Positions 37,747 to 47,904 of a DNA stretch of 64,000 bases are shown piece after piece; the first letter of the stretch is position 1, and every line of letters begins with the position of its first letter. The notes below the pieces were generated by a model. The model saw only the letters and a program-made list of their open reading frames with translations, had not been told where the DNA came from and did no database searches. The DNA is taken from positions 1 to 64,000 of the forward strand of contig JAOPTX010000044.1 of the NCBI GenBank assembly GCA_051532055.1, written 5' to 3'. The position numbers and the translations under genes are program-made. Source of the stretch: Fibrobacterales bacterium (GTDB taxonomy: Bacteria > Fibrobacterota > Fibrobacteria > Fibrobacterales > JAOPTW01).

Positions 37747-38678
37747 TAATAAAAGCCAAGGGTTACACTCATAAATGGTTGCATAAAAGTAGACCATTCA
37801 TGCATAAATGTGTAGTCATTTTCTGTTAGTCCCGCTGTGCCTTTTATTTTTACTGGGTCTATGGCAAGCTTCCATATTTGATATGAGCTGCGTACTCCTC
37901 CAGAAATATGAATATTGTTCCATCCAATACGGACGCCCGCTCCATAAGCATACCCCCAAAACTGTCCATTTTCAAAGTCGGTAGCACTTTGGTCAAGAAA
38001 TGTTTTTCCTGTTATTCCGGAGCCATAGAGGTGTGGATAGATTGAGATGTTTGATTTGGTATTGGTGTACACCGGATACCCAATTTCGATTCCTGGTTGG
38101 ATGATAAGGTTGAGCATTGAGATGTCACGATTGTGGGTTCCACTTTGAAGCGAGAGATTACTTTTTTGTCCTCCTATGACGAGTTGGATTCCAATGAGAT
38201 TGTTGATAGGGAGGTTGCCTGATATGCCAAAAATAGTACCGTGACTACTTGAGGTAAGGTCAAATGACGATGCGGTGCCTGATGTGTCATCTGTGGGGGT
38301 GTAATCAGTGTAGGAAACTTTTTGATAGTCCACATCCCCAAAACTAATATAAAGCCCAATAGTTGGGGTTACTTCATACTCTTTTAACTCAAGGGTTTTG
38401 GCGTCATCAACAAAGGTTGGTGTTGCCCGGTCCACAGTATGGCCTTCAGAGGCTTCTCTCTCCTTTTTCCTTTTAAGTCGCTCAATTTCACGCTGGCGTT
38501 CTTCAGCAATTAATAGATTTTCTTTTTTTAAAAGATCAGCTTGGACGATTTCAGCTTCCGAAATCATGATGTTTTTTGGGTTTGGGGGAGCAGGAAGAGC
38601 AGAGTGTAATTCCTGTGCGACACTGGCAGTCGCAGTGAGGGCAATAACAGTAGTAAGTATTGATGCGAGCGATTTCAT
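37746..38678 (-). CDS. Exported outer-membrane beta-barrel-like protein with N-terminal coiled coil
   Basis: Signal peptide, charged helix, amphipathic beta strands, terminal VTLGFY. Confidence 0.6.
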   Translation of the reverse strand: MKSLASILTTVIALTATASVAQELHSALPAPPNPKNIMISEAEIVQADLLKKENLLIAEERQREIERLKRKKEREASEGHTVDRATPTFVDDAKTLELKEYEVTPTIGLYISFGDVDYQKVSYTDYTPTDDTSGTASSFDLTSSSHGTIFGISGNLPINNLIGIQLVIGGQKSNLSLQSGTHNRDISMLNLIIQPGIEIGYPVYTNTKSNISIYPHLYGSGITGKTFLDQSATDFENGQFWGYAYGAGVRIGWNNIHISGGVRSSYQIWKLAIDPVKIKGTAGLTENDYTFMHEWSTFMQPFMSVTLGFY

Positions 38679-38833
38679 ACTATCCTCAGAGGCTATGACA
38701 GATATATCCCGTTGTGTTAATCACAATAAGAGATTGTATAGGTCGTGTAATTGTTGCTTGTTTCATGCAAATTCATTTTTATTATATCATTATTTGATAT
38801 ATTTGTGAAGAATAAAATCATAGTGAGAGTAGA

Positions 38834-39358
38834 GTGAACAAGGCTATTTTACTTGACCGGGATGGCACACTCAATGTTGATCACGGGTATGTCTATCGGA
38901 TAGAAGATTTTGAGTGGATTTCGGGGGTTCCTGAAGCGTTAAAAATGCTCACCGATGCAGGGTATATGCTTATGGTCATCTCTAATCAATCGGGGATTTC
39001 TCGAGGATATTATTCTCACACAGACCTTGAAATTCTAGAGCATTCAATGGTTTCTAGGCTTAAAGAATATGGGGTCACAATTGATGGGTTTTATTATTGT
39101 CCACATCAAACAAGTGATAGATGTCAGTGTAGAAAACCCTTGCCACAACTAGTAGAACGGGCCATGGCAGACTTTGACATTGATCCAGTATCTTCTTGGA
39201 TGGTGGGTGACAGAGTACGTGATCTTCAATCAGCAGAAGAAGCTGGGTTTCAGCTTGCTGGTGTACATAATGATGAGCATAATGATGAGTTTGTGGGTAC
39301 GGCCTATAAGGTGTATCCATCTCTGAAAGAATTTGTTTCGGATTTGTTAAAAATGTAA
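38834..39358 (+). CDS. gmhB: D-glycero-D-manno-heptose 1,7-bisphosphate phosphatase
   Basis: LDRDGTLNVD, SNQSGISRG, YYCPH...CQCRKP, MVGDR. Confidence 0.9.
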   Translation: MNKAILLDRDGTLNVDHGYVYRIEDFEWISGVPEALKMLTDAGYMLMVISNQSGISRGYYSHTDLEILEHSMVSRLKEYGVTIDGFYYCPHQTSDRCQCRKPLPQLVERAMADFDIDPVSSWMVGDRVRDLQSAEEAGFQLAGVHNDEHNDEFVGTAYKVYPSLKEFVSDLLKM

Positions 39359-39370
39359 CTTCTCGGCCTT

Positions 39371-39940
39371 TTAACTTTTCGGCTTGATAGAAGAGACCAC
39401 TGTTTGGTGTATATATCCTTCATACCCGTTAGCTTTAGCGTGAAACCAATCATTCACCTTTTTAATCTTTAAGAGACGAGTCCCGTTTGGGAATGCTTTT
39501 ATAGGGGTTGCGCCGGCTTTAGGTTCTGTCCTAAGAATGGCACCATTCTTAGGCTTTATATAAATAGCATTTACCCGTCCTTCACTATTTGTGGGATGAA
39601 CGAGTTGTTTGATTTTTGCAAAATGGTCGGGTGTCGTTGCTGCTGTTTTATAAATATAGCCTTGTGATCCATTGTAGCTAATGAGGTACCAGTCGTTATG
39701 CATGCTGATAAGCGATATTGTTTCTCCAAATGGCGCTTGATCAATAAGGGAAGCATGTTGAGTGGGGGCGCTTCGGAGTGTTGCTTGAGAATCGATAATG
39801 ACGAGGAATGTACCTTTGAGTGGCTCTTGTTTTTTGGAACGTCGGGCAAGGTTAGATGAGATTGTAGTCGACATTACCAAAAGTGCAATAAGAAGAGTAA
39901 GATATCTTTTTTTCATAGTATACATCAGGTTCAAAATCAT
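39371..39940 (-). CDS. Exported protein with two bacterial SH3 (SH3b) domains
   Basis: ATLRSAP...DWY...GYI repeated as AILRTEP...DWF...GYI. Confidence 0.8.
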   Translation of the reverse strand: MILNLMYTMKKRYLTLLIALLVMSTTISSNLARRSKKQEPLKGTFLVIIDSQATLRSAPTQHASLIDQAPFGETISLISMHNDWYLISYNGSQGYIYKTAATTPDHFAKIKQLVHPTNSEGRVNAIYIKPKNGAILRTEPKAGATPIKAFPNGTRLLKIKKVNDWFHAKANGYEGYIHQTVVSSIKPKS

Positions 39941-40076
39941 GAGGTTGACCTTACTGTATCACTATTATAATGGAGATGCAACGTAAATCTGGGTAAAAAA
40001 GACAAAAAAAGCTAAAATATTGTAGTTATTTTAGCTTAATGCCTCTCTTTGGGAGGTAGATCTATTTTAGTAGAAG

Positions 40077-40283
40077 TTATTTCTTTTTGAGGTTTTCCTC
40101 AGCTTTGATAACTTCGGGATTTTTGCGCGCCTCTTTAACCATATTTTTAATACGATCTTCAGGGTGCATTAATAATTTGCGCTGCATGGCAGGGCTCAGC
40201 ATATCTGCAAGAGTACCCACTGAGTGAGTTGTTTCGGTAGGTTTTTTACCTTTATTTTTTCTTGCTTTTTTCTTGTTATCCAT
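40077..40283 (-). CDS. Small Lys-rich hypothetical protein
   Basis: GGAGCAGGA RBS with ATG; directly downstream of the deaminase gene. Confidence 0.6.
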   Translation of the reverse strand: MDNKKKARKNKGKKPTETTHSVGTLADMLSPAMQRKLLMHPEDRIKNMVKEARKNPEVIKAEENLKKK

Positions 40284-40298
40284 TCCTGCTCCCGTGTA

Positions 40299-40736
40299 TT
40301 AACTGTTATCAATATCTATACATTTGACTTCGGTAAAGTGAGATGAGGCTTCTAACCAAATCTCTGCATACTGAAGTTGTTCATACGGTTTGGCATACAC
40401 TACCCGCTTAACCCCTGCGTTTATCAGGTGTTGTAGGCACCGATGACACGGCTGATACGTGCAGTAGAGCGTTGTACCTTGGGTGTCAAAGGGACAGTTC
40501 ATGAGAGCGTTCATTTCGGCATGAATTACATATTCATACTTAATAGGACGCTTCCATCGTTCGTCAGTCTCTTCCATTCCTCGCGAAAATCCATTGTACC
40601 CAAATGAAATCTGCCTATTATCTGGCGTAACTATCAGTGCTGCTACTTGTGTCTTCGGATCTTTAGACAGAGTTGCTGGAACTCTGGCCATTTTAAGAAA
40701 CATGACATCGAAATCAAACTGAGTGGGCATAAACAT
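40299..40736 (-). CDS. dCMP deaminase (ComEB family)
   Basis: SKDPKTQV, GYNG, IHAEMNA, PCHRC zinc motifs. Confidence 0.9.
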   Translation of the reverse strand: MFMPTQFDFDVMFLKMARVPATLSKDPKTQVAALIVTPDNRQISFGYNGFSRGMEETDERWKRPIKYEYVIHAEMNALMNCPFDTQGTTLYCTYQPCHRCLQHLINAGVKRVVYAKPYEQLQYAEIWLEASSHFTEVKCIDIDNS

Positions 40737-40855
40737 CAACGGATTTTGTAAACCGAGGTAATGATAGTTAAAGTTAGGGGAATGTTAAAGAGGGGGGGGG
40801 AGAGATGAATCAAAAAGAGTGGTAAAAAAGGGATATTTTCCCCTCAGGAGGGCCG

Positions 40856-41773
40856 TTATTTGAGCATTTTGCTATTCACACTCTGGCCAAGGGTGTGAAG
40901 ACCCATTTCTGAACTCAGTTTTGCACTCTGTTGACAAATAGGGAGCATGGTGTTTGCATATTTATGGAGCTCATTACTTCGCCAAATACGTCCGAGAAAC
41001 TCAATTTCAACGCTTAAATATTTTTCTACTATCTTAATAAATCCACCAGTGTGACTATCTTTTTGCCCCCGTTCCATTTTATTTGAGATCAGAAACGGTT
41101 TAAAGGTGTTGAGCCATTCAATACATTTCTTACTTAATACAGGGTCGGCATCATGAACATACGCAATAAGCTCTTGGACACTTTTAAATGTTTTTTCGGA
41201 GCGTGGATCTGTCCCTTCACCGATAGTCTGAGCAAGCTCTTTATTTGATTTGACAAGAGCAACAATATTTCGGTATACACAACTTTTTATAAACCCATAG
41301 GCGTTTTCGAAGGATGAAATACCCGGCTCAATGACAACGACTCCCACAGGAGAGATAATGAAGAAGTCTATCACATTTGGATAGGTACCCGCTCCAAGGT
41401 CGAGTAATATATAGTCCGCTTCTAAAGTGTTGATACTGCGAATAAGCTTCATTTTCTGGGTATATTTCGGATTTGAAAGAGAGAGAATGTCACTTGCACC
41501 GCAGATGATACTGAGATTAGGGATTTTTGTGGGGAGTATCACATCTTGGATAGAATCAACACGTTTTTTAATGAAATCGTTCAGAGTATGAGATGGATGG
41601 GGGATACCAACGCTACTATGGAGATTGGCGCCACCGAGGTCTGCGTCAATTAAGATAACCTTTTTACCACTTTGAGCGAGCATTGTACCAATGTTGCTGG
41701 TCATGAAGGACTTGCCTACTCCGCCTTTTCCACCGCCAAAGGCGATTATTTTATTGAAAAAATGGTTACTCAC
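40856..41773 (-). CDS. FlhG/FleN/MinD-like P-loop ATPase
   Basis: Deviant Walker A GGKGGVGKS, DADLGGANLH, LLDLGAG, ENAYGFIK. Confidence 0.85.
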   Translation of the reverse strand: MSNHFFNKIIAFGGGKGGVGKSFMTSNIGTMLAQSGKKVILIDADLGGANLHSSVGIPHPSHTLNDFIKKRVDSIQDVILPTKIPNLSIICGASDILSLSNPKYTQKMKLIRSINTLEADYILLDLGAGTYPNVIDFFIISPVGVVVIEPGISSFENAYGFIKSCVYRNIVALVKSNKELAQTIGEGTDPRSEKTFKSVQELIAYVHDADPVLSKKCIEWLNTFKPFLISNKMERGQKDSHTGGFIKIVEKYLSVEIEFLGRIWRSNELHKYANTMLPICQQSAKLSSEMGLHTLGQSVNSKMLK

Positions 41774-41774
41774 G

Positions 41775-42539
41775 TTAAAATACCTTCTTAATTAGTTTCC
41801 ATGAAGGGGAAGAACCTCTGCAGGATTTCGTGTTACACGAGTCGAAAGGAAATCCTTTCATAAAATACTCTTTTGCAGCGCACTCTATGCACTCATACTC
41901 GCCAGAGAGGATGCAAATCTCAATATTTTTATTTTGATCAAAATAACTGAAACTTACGTTGGAGTCAATGATTTCGGGAATTAGCAGGCGAGGAGATTCT
42001 TTTTTCTCTTCTGCCCTAACATCATGATGCTCATTTGGCTCTGGTGTTTCAGGATCTGTTGGTACCTCAGCTTCTTGATCCGCTTCTTGCCGAATACTTT
42101 CATTCTGCTCCTTATATTTTGAGGCATGGTGTAGAGCATACTGAGTAATGGTCGATTGCATTGCCCCATCAGTATCAGTTATTGTGACGCCAATTGAGGC
42201 ACCTGTTTCGAGAAATATCTTACTGTCTGAATAGAGGTCTATCCCTGTGTTAGCATAGAGTTCATTAAATTCTTGAGTAAAAATAGTTGGTGGAGCACAA
42301 ATACTGATTGATAAGCCTTGTGATTGCATCTCTGTAATAAGTGAAGAAAATGGAGTGAGGAGCATAATATCATAGTGGTTGATCTCTTGTAAATTAACCA
42401 TGACATTGGTACTGGAATGGTAGACACAGAGAGCAAGGGCATACTCTAGGGTGTCGAGTGACTTTTCACCCGTTTCACCAGGTAAAACGATAATCTCGAT
42501 ATACTGTCTGTCTGATAGATCCATACCCTGGTCTTTCAT
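41775..42539 (-). CDS. Hypothetical protein: STAS-like N-terminus, acidic linker, C-terminal Cys4 zinc ribbon
   Basis: VMVNLQEINHYD...GLSISIC; GEYECIEC...DSCNTKSC...W. Start uncertain (42539 or 42524). Confidence 0.6.
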   Translation of the reverse strand: MKDQGMDLSDRQYIEIIVLPGETGEKSLDTLEYALALCVYHSSTNVMVNLQEINHYDIMLLTPFSSLITEMQSQGLSISICAPPTIFTQEFNELYANTGIDLYSDSKIFLETGASIGVTITDTDGAMQSTITQYALHHASKYKEQNESIRQEADQEAEVPTDPETPEPNEHHDVRAEEKKESPRLLIPEIIDSNVSFSYFDQNKNIEICILSGEYECIECAAKEYFMKGFPFDSCNTKSCRGSSPSWKLIKKVF

Positions 42540-42606
42540 TAAAATGTTATAATTGTGGTAATAATGATATTGTACCACATTTCTCTCCTCTGTGGGTAAA
42601 AAAGAT

Positions 42607-44736
42607 ATGGCAACTGTAGCTCTGTTCACTCCTCCATTCTCTCAACTCAATACCCCTTATTCGGCAATGCCGTTTTTAGCGGGAACACTCCGTGAATATG
42701 GGCACAACCCACGTCAGTTTGATGTGGGTATTTCGATCTTTCTTAGGCTCTTCTGTTCAAAAGGGTTAGCACGTTTTTTTACCCTACTCCAGGACGATTT
42801 CGAGCTTGATACTGAATTATCTACACACTATCAGAGAACCATCGATCAGGTAATCACTTATTTACAAGGCAAGTGGCCCGAAGGCAGTGCATCAATCAAT
42901 GGTATGGGGTTTTTACCTGAGGGGCCTCGGTTCAATGCTTTAGAGGAACTCGGAGATATTTTCCTAGAGATGTCTATTGAAGACCAAGCCCATTATCGCG
43001 CTTCGCTCTATATAGATGATTTAACTGATCTAATGCAGCAAACTATTTTACCTGGATTTGGTCTCTCAAAGTATAATGATCGATTAGGGATGAGTGCCCG
43101 AACGTTTGATGCCATTGAAGAGAGCCTTTCACAAAGTGATTTAATTGATACGCTTATTGGTGAGTATCTTTCTGAAATGGATTTTGAAGGTTATGATCTT
43201 TGCGCTATAACGGTACCTTTCCCAGGGAATCTCTTTGGAGCACTCTCCATAGGACGATGGTTCAAAAAGAACTATTCAATGATTCCAGTGGTACTTGGAG
43301 GGGGATATGTAAATTCTGAGCTGCGTGAATTAACTGATACAAGGATATTTGATTATTGCGACTACATTTGCTTTGATGATGGTGAACGTCCCCTTTTGCA
43401 ACTTTTGGAGTACTTAAAAAGTGGTGACACTCATGCCCTCTATCGGACTATGGTGAAAGGTAATACAGGGGTTCAGTGGTGTAATAATACCAATATTACT
43501 GACATACACGTGAACGAAGTGGGGGTGCCTGATTATGGGGCCCTTGATCTCACTCAATATATTACTCTGTATGAATCATTTAACCCAATGCATACTCTAT
43601 GGTCTCAGAAAGGGTGGCTTAAATTGAGGGCAGCCCATGGTTGTTATTGGAAAAAATGTTCATTCTGCGATGTCTCATTGGATTATATCGCGCGGTATCA
43701 GTCTGCTTCAATTGAGTATCTGGTGAATACCGTCGAAAGTATCGTAGCTGAGACGGGGTGTAGAACATTTCATTTTGTTGATGAGGCTTTTCCACCCAAA
43801 AGTGCAAAACTTTTTTCTCTCGAAGTGATTCGTCGAGGACTCGATATAGAATGGTGGGGTAATATACGATTTGAAACAGCGTATACTCAAGATGTCGCCT
43901 TTTTAATGGCCCGTGCTGGATGTGTTGCAGTGACAGGAGGGCTCGAAGCGGTAACGAATAGTGTTCTTGATGCAATGAATAAAGGAGTGTCAACTGAGAG
44001 TGCTGCAACAACAGCAGGTAATTTTGCCCGTGCGGGTGTATTAACTCATGCCTATCTCATTTATAGTTTTCCAGGGCAGGTTATTCAGGATGGTGTTGAT
44101 GCATTAGAAATTATTCGCCAGATGTATAGCTGTGGTGTGATCGACTCTACTTTTTGGCATCGATTTTCATTGACGACTCATAGTCCTGTAGCGAAGAATC
44201 CAGAGGTGTATGGTGTTGAATATGATGCGACTCCCGCACCTTTTGCCAATAATGACCTTCCGTATAGTGGGGGTGGGTCTATTGATGTATTGGCTGATGG
44301 TCTTAAAAAAGCGAATTATAATTTTATGTATGGCGCAGGTGTAGATAATGAAATTGCGTCCTGGTTTGACTGTGAGGTCCCCAGTCCAACAGTAGCGAAA
44401 AATTTCATAGAGCAATCTCTAATGAAGCCATTGCTTCCACCAAAAGGAACGAAACGGGTGGTATGGTTAGGGGGGGCGGTACAGTATACAAAAAGTGGTT
44501 CGACTCAGGCACAGTTTACTTGTAAAGTAAATGGGGTGAAAACTGATTTTGCCATACCCTATACTGTTGCTGCATGGTGTAAGAAAGTATGCACCACTGG
44601 TGATATCAAAAAGCAGGAACAGCTCAGTTGGAATGAAGCGCTTTCGTGGTACCCTTCAGGAACCACTATTGTTGAGGATCTTATAGAGTCGGAATTTTGG
44701 TTTGTGTTGAAAAATGCTGGTTTAGTCGTTATATAA
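42607..44736 (+). CDS. B12-binding-type radical SAM protein
   Basis: TPPFSQLNTPY, HGCYWKKCSFCD (CxxxCxxC), HFVDEA, GGLE. Confidence 0.88.
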   Translation: MATVALFTPPFSQLNTPYSAMPFLAGTLREYGHNPRQFDVGISIFLRLFCSKGLARFFTLLQDDFELDTELSTHYQRTIDQVITYLQGKWPEGSASINGMGFLPEGPRFNALEELGDIFLEMSIEDQAHYRASLYIDDLTDLMQQTILPGFGLSKYNDRLGMSARTFDAIEESLSQSDLIDTLIGEYLSEMDFEGYDLCAITVPFPGNLFGALSIGRWFKKNYSMIPVVLGGGYVNSELRELTDTRIFDYCDYICFDDGERPLLQLLEYLKSGDTHALYRTMVKGNTGVQWCNNTNITDIHVNEVGVPDYGALDLTQYITLYESFNPMHTLWSQKGWLKLRAAHGCYWKKCSFCDVSLDYIARYQSASIEYLVNTVESIVAETGCRTFHFVDEAFPPKSAKLFSLEVIRRGLDIEWWGNIRFETAYTQDVAFLMARAGCVAVTGGLEAVTNSVLDAMNKGVSTESAATTAGNFARAGVLTHAYLIYSFPGQVIQDGVDALEIIRQMYSCGVIDSTFWHRFSLTTHSPVAKNPEVYGVEYDATPAPFANNDLPYSGGGSIDVLADGLKKANYNFMYGAGVDNEIASWFDCEVPSPTVAKNFIEQSLMKPLLPPKGTKRVVWLGGAVQYTKSGSTQAQFTCKVNGVKTDFAIPYTVAAWCKKVCTTGDIKKQEQLSWNEALSWYPSGTTIVEDLIESEFWFVLKNAGLVVI

Positions 44737-44742
44737 GAATAT

Positions 44743-45330
44743 TTACTTTACCACAAAGTGTGCAGTATCAGCTCCATAAAGGCCAGAGTTGTCACGAGCT
44801 CTTAATATTACGGGGAGTTGCGGAGTCGGTTTGTTTGGAGCGATAAAGATTGTATCAGTCCGGTTCGTTTTAACGTAGGGACCATTGCCAATTTTCCATT
44901 CAAGTTGCGTAATCTCTCCAAGACCATCAGATGCTATAGCTATAATCGAAATAGTATCCAGTGGTGCGATGGTGTCGCCCTCTCTAATTTCGACCATAGG
45001 GAAATCCATTTTTTGGTATGCATTGAGTTTTTGTATCGTTTTAGAGTCCATTTGTTTTAGGTACTGAGTATCATATTCACTTATGTGGCCATAAATATTG
45101 TCTGATTTTACCTGATACCACTCTTCAGTTTTTGAAATTACTTTAAATCGAGTCCCAAAGGGAAGTGCCGCTTTAATTGGGGCATTTTCATGAGGGCCTT
45201 CTCTGAGGTAGGCGTTCTCCTGGACTATAAAAATATAAGGAGGAAGTTTGGACTTTGGGCCTGCTCCAAGATGTGAAAGAAGCAGTACTGCAAGTGAGAG
45301 TAGGAGTGAAAGTGAGAGTCTGTGGGGCAT
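44743..45330 (-). CDS. Exported SH3b plus PKD/Ig-like domain protein
   Basis: Signal peptide, AYLREGP...EWY...YGHI, then Ig-like ASDGLGEI...LRARDNSG. Confidence 0.65.
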   Translation of the reverse strand: MPHRLSLSLLLSLAVLLLSHLGAGPKSKLPPYIFIVQENAYLREGPHENAPIKAALPFGTRFKVISKTEEWYQVKSDNIYGHISEYDTQYLKQMDSKTIQKLNAYQKMDFPMVEIREGDTIAPLDTISIIAIASDGLGEITQLEWKIGNGPYVKTNRTDTIFIAPNKPTPQLPVILRARDNSGLYGADTAHFVVK

Positions 45331-46280
45331 TACAACCTCCAGTTGAGTCCTGCAAAATGTGTTGGGTCCAAGGAAAACCGATGAAGTTCTAGAGCATAGT
45401 GTAGGTCAATAGTATTAAGAATAAGGGAGAAACCTCCCGTTGCAATGGTGGTTTCTTGATTTGCATTGTCATAATTACTTGTTATCTCTTTGAGTGCATT
45501 ATTGTCAATTGCATATCCAGCGTATATTTTTATCGCGGGGTGAATAGCCGCCGCTATACTGGCGCCAATACGATAGGGGCTATTCATTAAATACTCACCT
45601 TCTAAATTTAAAGTAAGTATTTCAAGATCTGGATTGGTATAGGAACCGCCAACTTTTAGAGAGCTGTTAAGGAGATCGGTCTCAGAATATTGAGTGTGTC
45701 CAGTAATTTGTTTCCCTAGGTTCATTATCGTGGTTGCAAAAACGAGCTCGGCGGGGATCATCGTATATCGGGCTCCCATGTCAAGGGCAACACCTTGTGC
45801 TGTTGTGCCATACTCTATAGAAGTGAGATACTCTGCAATGTATTTGCCGCTTGCCCCTATGGTTAATTTTTCTGATAAGCGATAAGCACCATGTGCAGCA
45901 AAAACATAATCATAGGGGTTGGTTTTCCCTATACTCGTGTTGGTCACATCAAGCATTTCAATTGATGAACTCTTGGTGTAGTGAAGGCTCAGAGCACCAG
46001 TTAGCCGTTTATTGAGTGTTTTTACCCCTGATAGAGATACTGCTTTATCACCGTCAATCCCGAACTGAGCACTGAGTGCTATTGCTGATGAAGCAGAGGT
46101 GAGGGGGAGGCCTGCTGGTGTTACTCCTAGGGATTGTGTTCCTGTTACATAAGAGGAAGATATGTTGTTGAGTGCTTTTGAAAGGGGAGAGGTGTGCGTA
46201 CCTAAAAAATCAAAAGTATTTGCCACTTCGGCTGAAAAAAGTGAGAGAGTGAGTAGTAGGATGTATAAAATATATTTCAT
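45330..46280 (-). CDS. PorV/PorQ-like outer-membrane barrel
   Basis: Signal peptide; FDFL...SP...AL...PAGL; GASGKYI; ALDMG; NLG; terminal W-R-L. Confidence 0.65.
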   Translation of the reverse strand: MKYILYILLLTLSLFSAEVANTFDFLGTHTSPLSKALNNISSSYVTGTQSLGVTPAGLPLTSASSAIALSAQFGIDGDKAVSLSGVKTLNKRLTGALSLHYTKSSSIEMLDVTNTSIGKTNPYDYVFAAHGAYRLSEKLTIGASGKYIAEYLTSIEYGTTAQGVALDMGARYTMIPAELVFATTIMNLGKQITGHTQYSETDLLNSSLKVGGSYTNPDLEILTLNLEGEYLMNSPYRIGASIAAAIHPAIKIYAGYAIDNNALKEITSNYDNANQETTIATGGFSLILNTIDLHYALELHRFSLDPTHFAGLNWRL

Positions 46281-46621
46281 AAATTATAATGTAGGATTTT
46301 AAAGAGGTGACTGTTTGCTTTTTTTGTGTTCAGTGAACCTTCTCTATAAATTGTAAAACGTAAAAAGTAAAATTTAGTGTATATGTAGATAGAGAAAGGA
46401 GGGAGTCTATATCTGGGAGGTGTCTAAACTAAATATAGGGTGAGTGTCACACAGGCAAAAGCTATGTATACCAGGAATGAAAAGGGTGTGTATTATAGGG
46501 GGAATATAATTTCACAATTTAAGAAAGAGAGAGGATATATCCGGAAAATTAAAGGGCTAAATATCAAAAATAAGTGACTCAAAAAAAAAATAAAAAAATG
46601 ATAAAATTTTAATAAAAACCG

Positions 46622-46650
46622 TTGACGTATAAAAACGGTCTATGTATATT
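46622..46650 (+). promoter_or_regulatory. Stable-RNA-type sigma70 promoter of tRNA-Lys
   Basis: TTGACG-17 bp-TATATT, upstream A-tracts (UP element) and a GC-rich discriminator. Confidence 0.75.
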
Positions 46651-46691
46651 TGCTCTGCGCTTCTGAAGTGCACTTGTTTTAATAACAAGTT

Positions 46692-46764
46692 GGATTAGTA
46701 GCTCAGTTGGTAGAGCAACGCCCTTTTAAGGCGTGGGTCGAAGGTTCGAGCCCTTCCTGATTCA
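46692..46764 (+). tRNA. tRNA-Lys (anticodon UUU); CCA not encoded
   Basis: Acceptor ggattag/ctgattc, D arm gctc-agttggta-gagc, anticodon arm acgcc-ctTTTaa-ggcgt, T arm gaagg-ttcgagc-ccttc. Confidence 0.96.
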
Positions 46765-46765
46765 T

Positions 46766-46794
46766 AAAAGCCGGCTTTTTAGTCGGCTTTTTTT
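46766..46794 (+). terminator. Terminator after tRNA-Lys
   Basis: aaaagccggc-tttta-gtcggctttttttt. Confidence 0.85.
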
Positions 46795-46890
46795 GTACCC
46801 TCTCATATATCTGAAAACTTCTATTTATTATATTGATTCATGTCTGAAATTCTGGTATACTAGATTGAGTATATTTAGGAATTGAATTAC

Positions 46891-47805
46891 ATGTCAATTG
46901 AAGCTCCATTTGATGCAACTATTCTCGTTGTTGATGATGTCTCAATCAACACAAAAATATTAAAGAAAATTTTGGTGTTGAATGGATATCATGTTATAAT
47001 CGCGTTAAACGCTGAGGATGCTGTTCGTATTGCTAATCAAACTCCCCCTGATTTGGTTATGCTCGATATTAATATGCCGGATGTTGACGGATATGAGTTG
47101 AGCATGCAGATGAAAACCAATAAGAGTCTCGAGGAAATTCCAATAATTTTTATAAGTGCAAGTACTGATACCCATACTATAGTGAAAGCATTTGATTCGG
47201 GGGGTGTTGATTATGTGACAAAACCTATTGAACGTCGTGAGGTACTTGCACGCGTAAAAGTGCATCTTGAATTACAAAAAATAAAACGCGAATTGCTCAT
47301 TACAAATAAAAAGTTGCAACAATTGGCTATTACGGATGAATTAACTCAAACGTATAATCGTCGTAATATGATTGATCGCCTTCGCGATGCCTTTAGTTAC
47401 TCTGATAGGTACAAAACAGATGTTTCTGTTCTGATGGTTGATCTTGATTATTTTAAACGAGTTAATGACTCTTTTGGCCACAATGCTGGGGATGCAGTAC
47501 TTTCAGATGTATCTAAAGTTATGAAAGAGATGGTACGTGACTCTGATGTGGTAGGGCGATGGGGGGGGGAAGAGTTTGTGTTGATCTTCCCGCATACGAA
47601 TATTGATGGAGCACTAGAAGTCTCAGAAAAAATCCGTCGAGAACTTGAAGAGCGCTCTTGGGCGATGACTCAAGCGGGGGTAACTATTAGTGGCGGTCTG
47701 GTACAGCATCAGCGGGGGGAGGCAATAGACGATTGCATAAACCGGGCTGATATACTTATGTATAAGGCTAAAGAAGCGGGTCGAAACCGTATCGTTTTAG
47801 AATAA
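46891..47805 (+). CDS. Response regulator diguanylate cyclase (REC-GGDEF)
   Basis: Receiver LVMLDINMP; DLDYFKRVND; RDSD I-site and RWGGEEF. Confidence 0.93.
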   Translation: MSIEAPFDATILVVDDVSINTKILKKILVLNGYHVIIALNAEDAVRIANQTPPDLVMLDINMPDVDGYELSMQMKTNKSLEEIPIIFISASTDTHTIVKAFDSGGVDYVTKPIERREVLARVKVHLELQKIKRELLITNKKLQQLAITDELTQTYNRRNMIDRLRDAFSYSDRYKTDVSVLMVDLDYFKRVNDSFGHNAGDAVLSDVSKVMKEMVRDSDVVGRWGGEEFVLIFPHTNIDGALEVSEKIRRELEERSWAMTQAGVTISGGLVQHQRGEAIDDCINRADILMYKAKEAGRNRIVLE

Positions 47806-47904
47806 TCCTCAAGCTAGAGAAGCATTACTCAAAAGGTACTCGAATGGTGAAAGAGTGGGGCGAACTGAACCACTATCAGTTTCATTTTGGTATATTTTGC
47901 CCTT

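Noticed and set aside
46281..46620. Purine-rich intergenic region with a 37-codon ORF starting at 46464
   Set aside because: No convincing RBS or structure; explained by strand skew and divergent promoters.
47849..47859. GAAAGAGTGGG downstream of a diguanylate cyclase, resembling part of a c-di-GMP-I riboswitch
   Set aside because: The pairing strand and the flanking GCAAA elements are absent.
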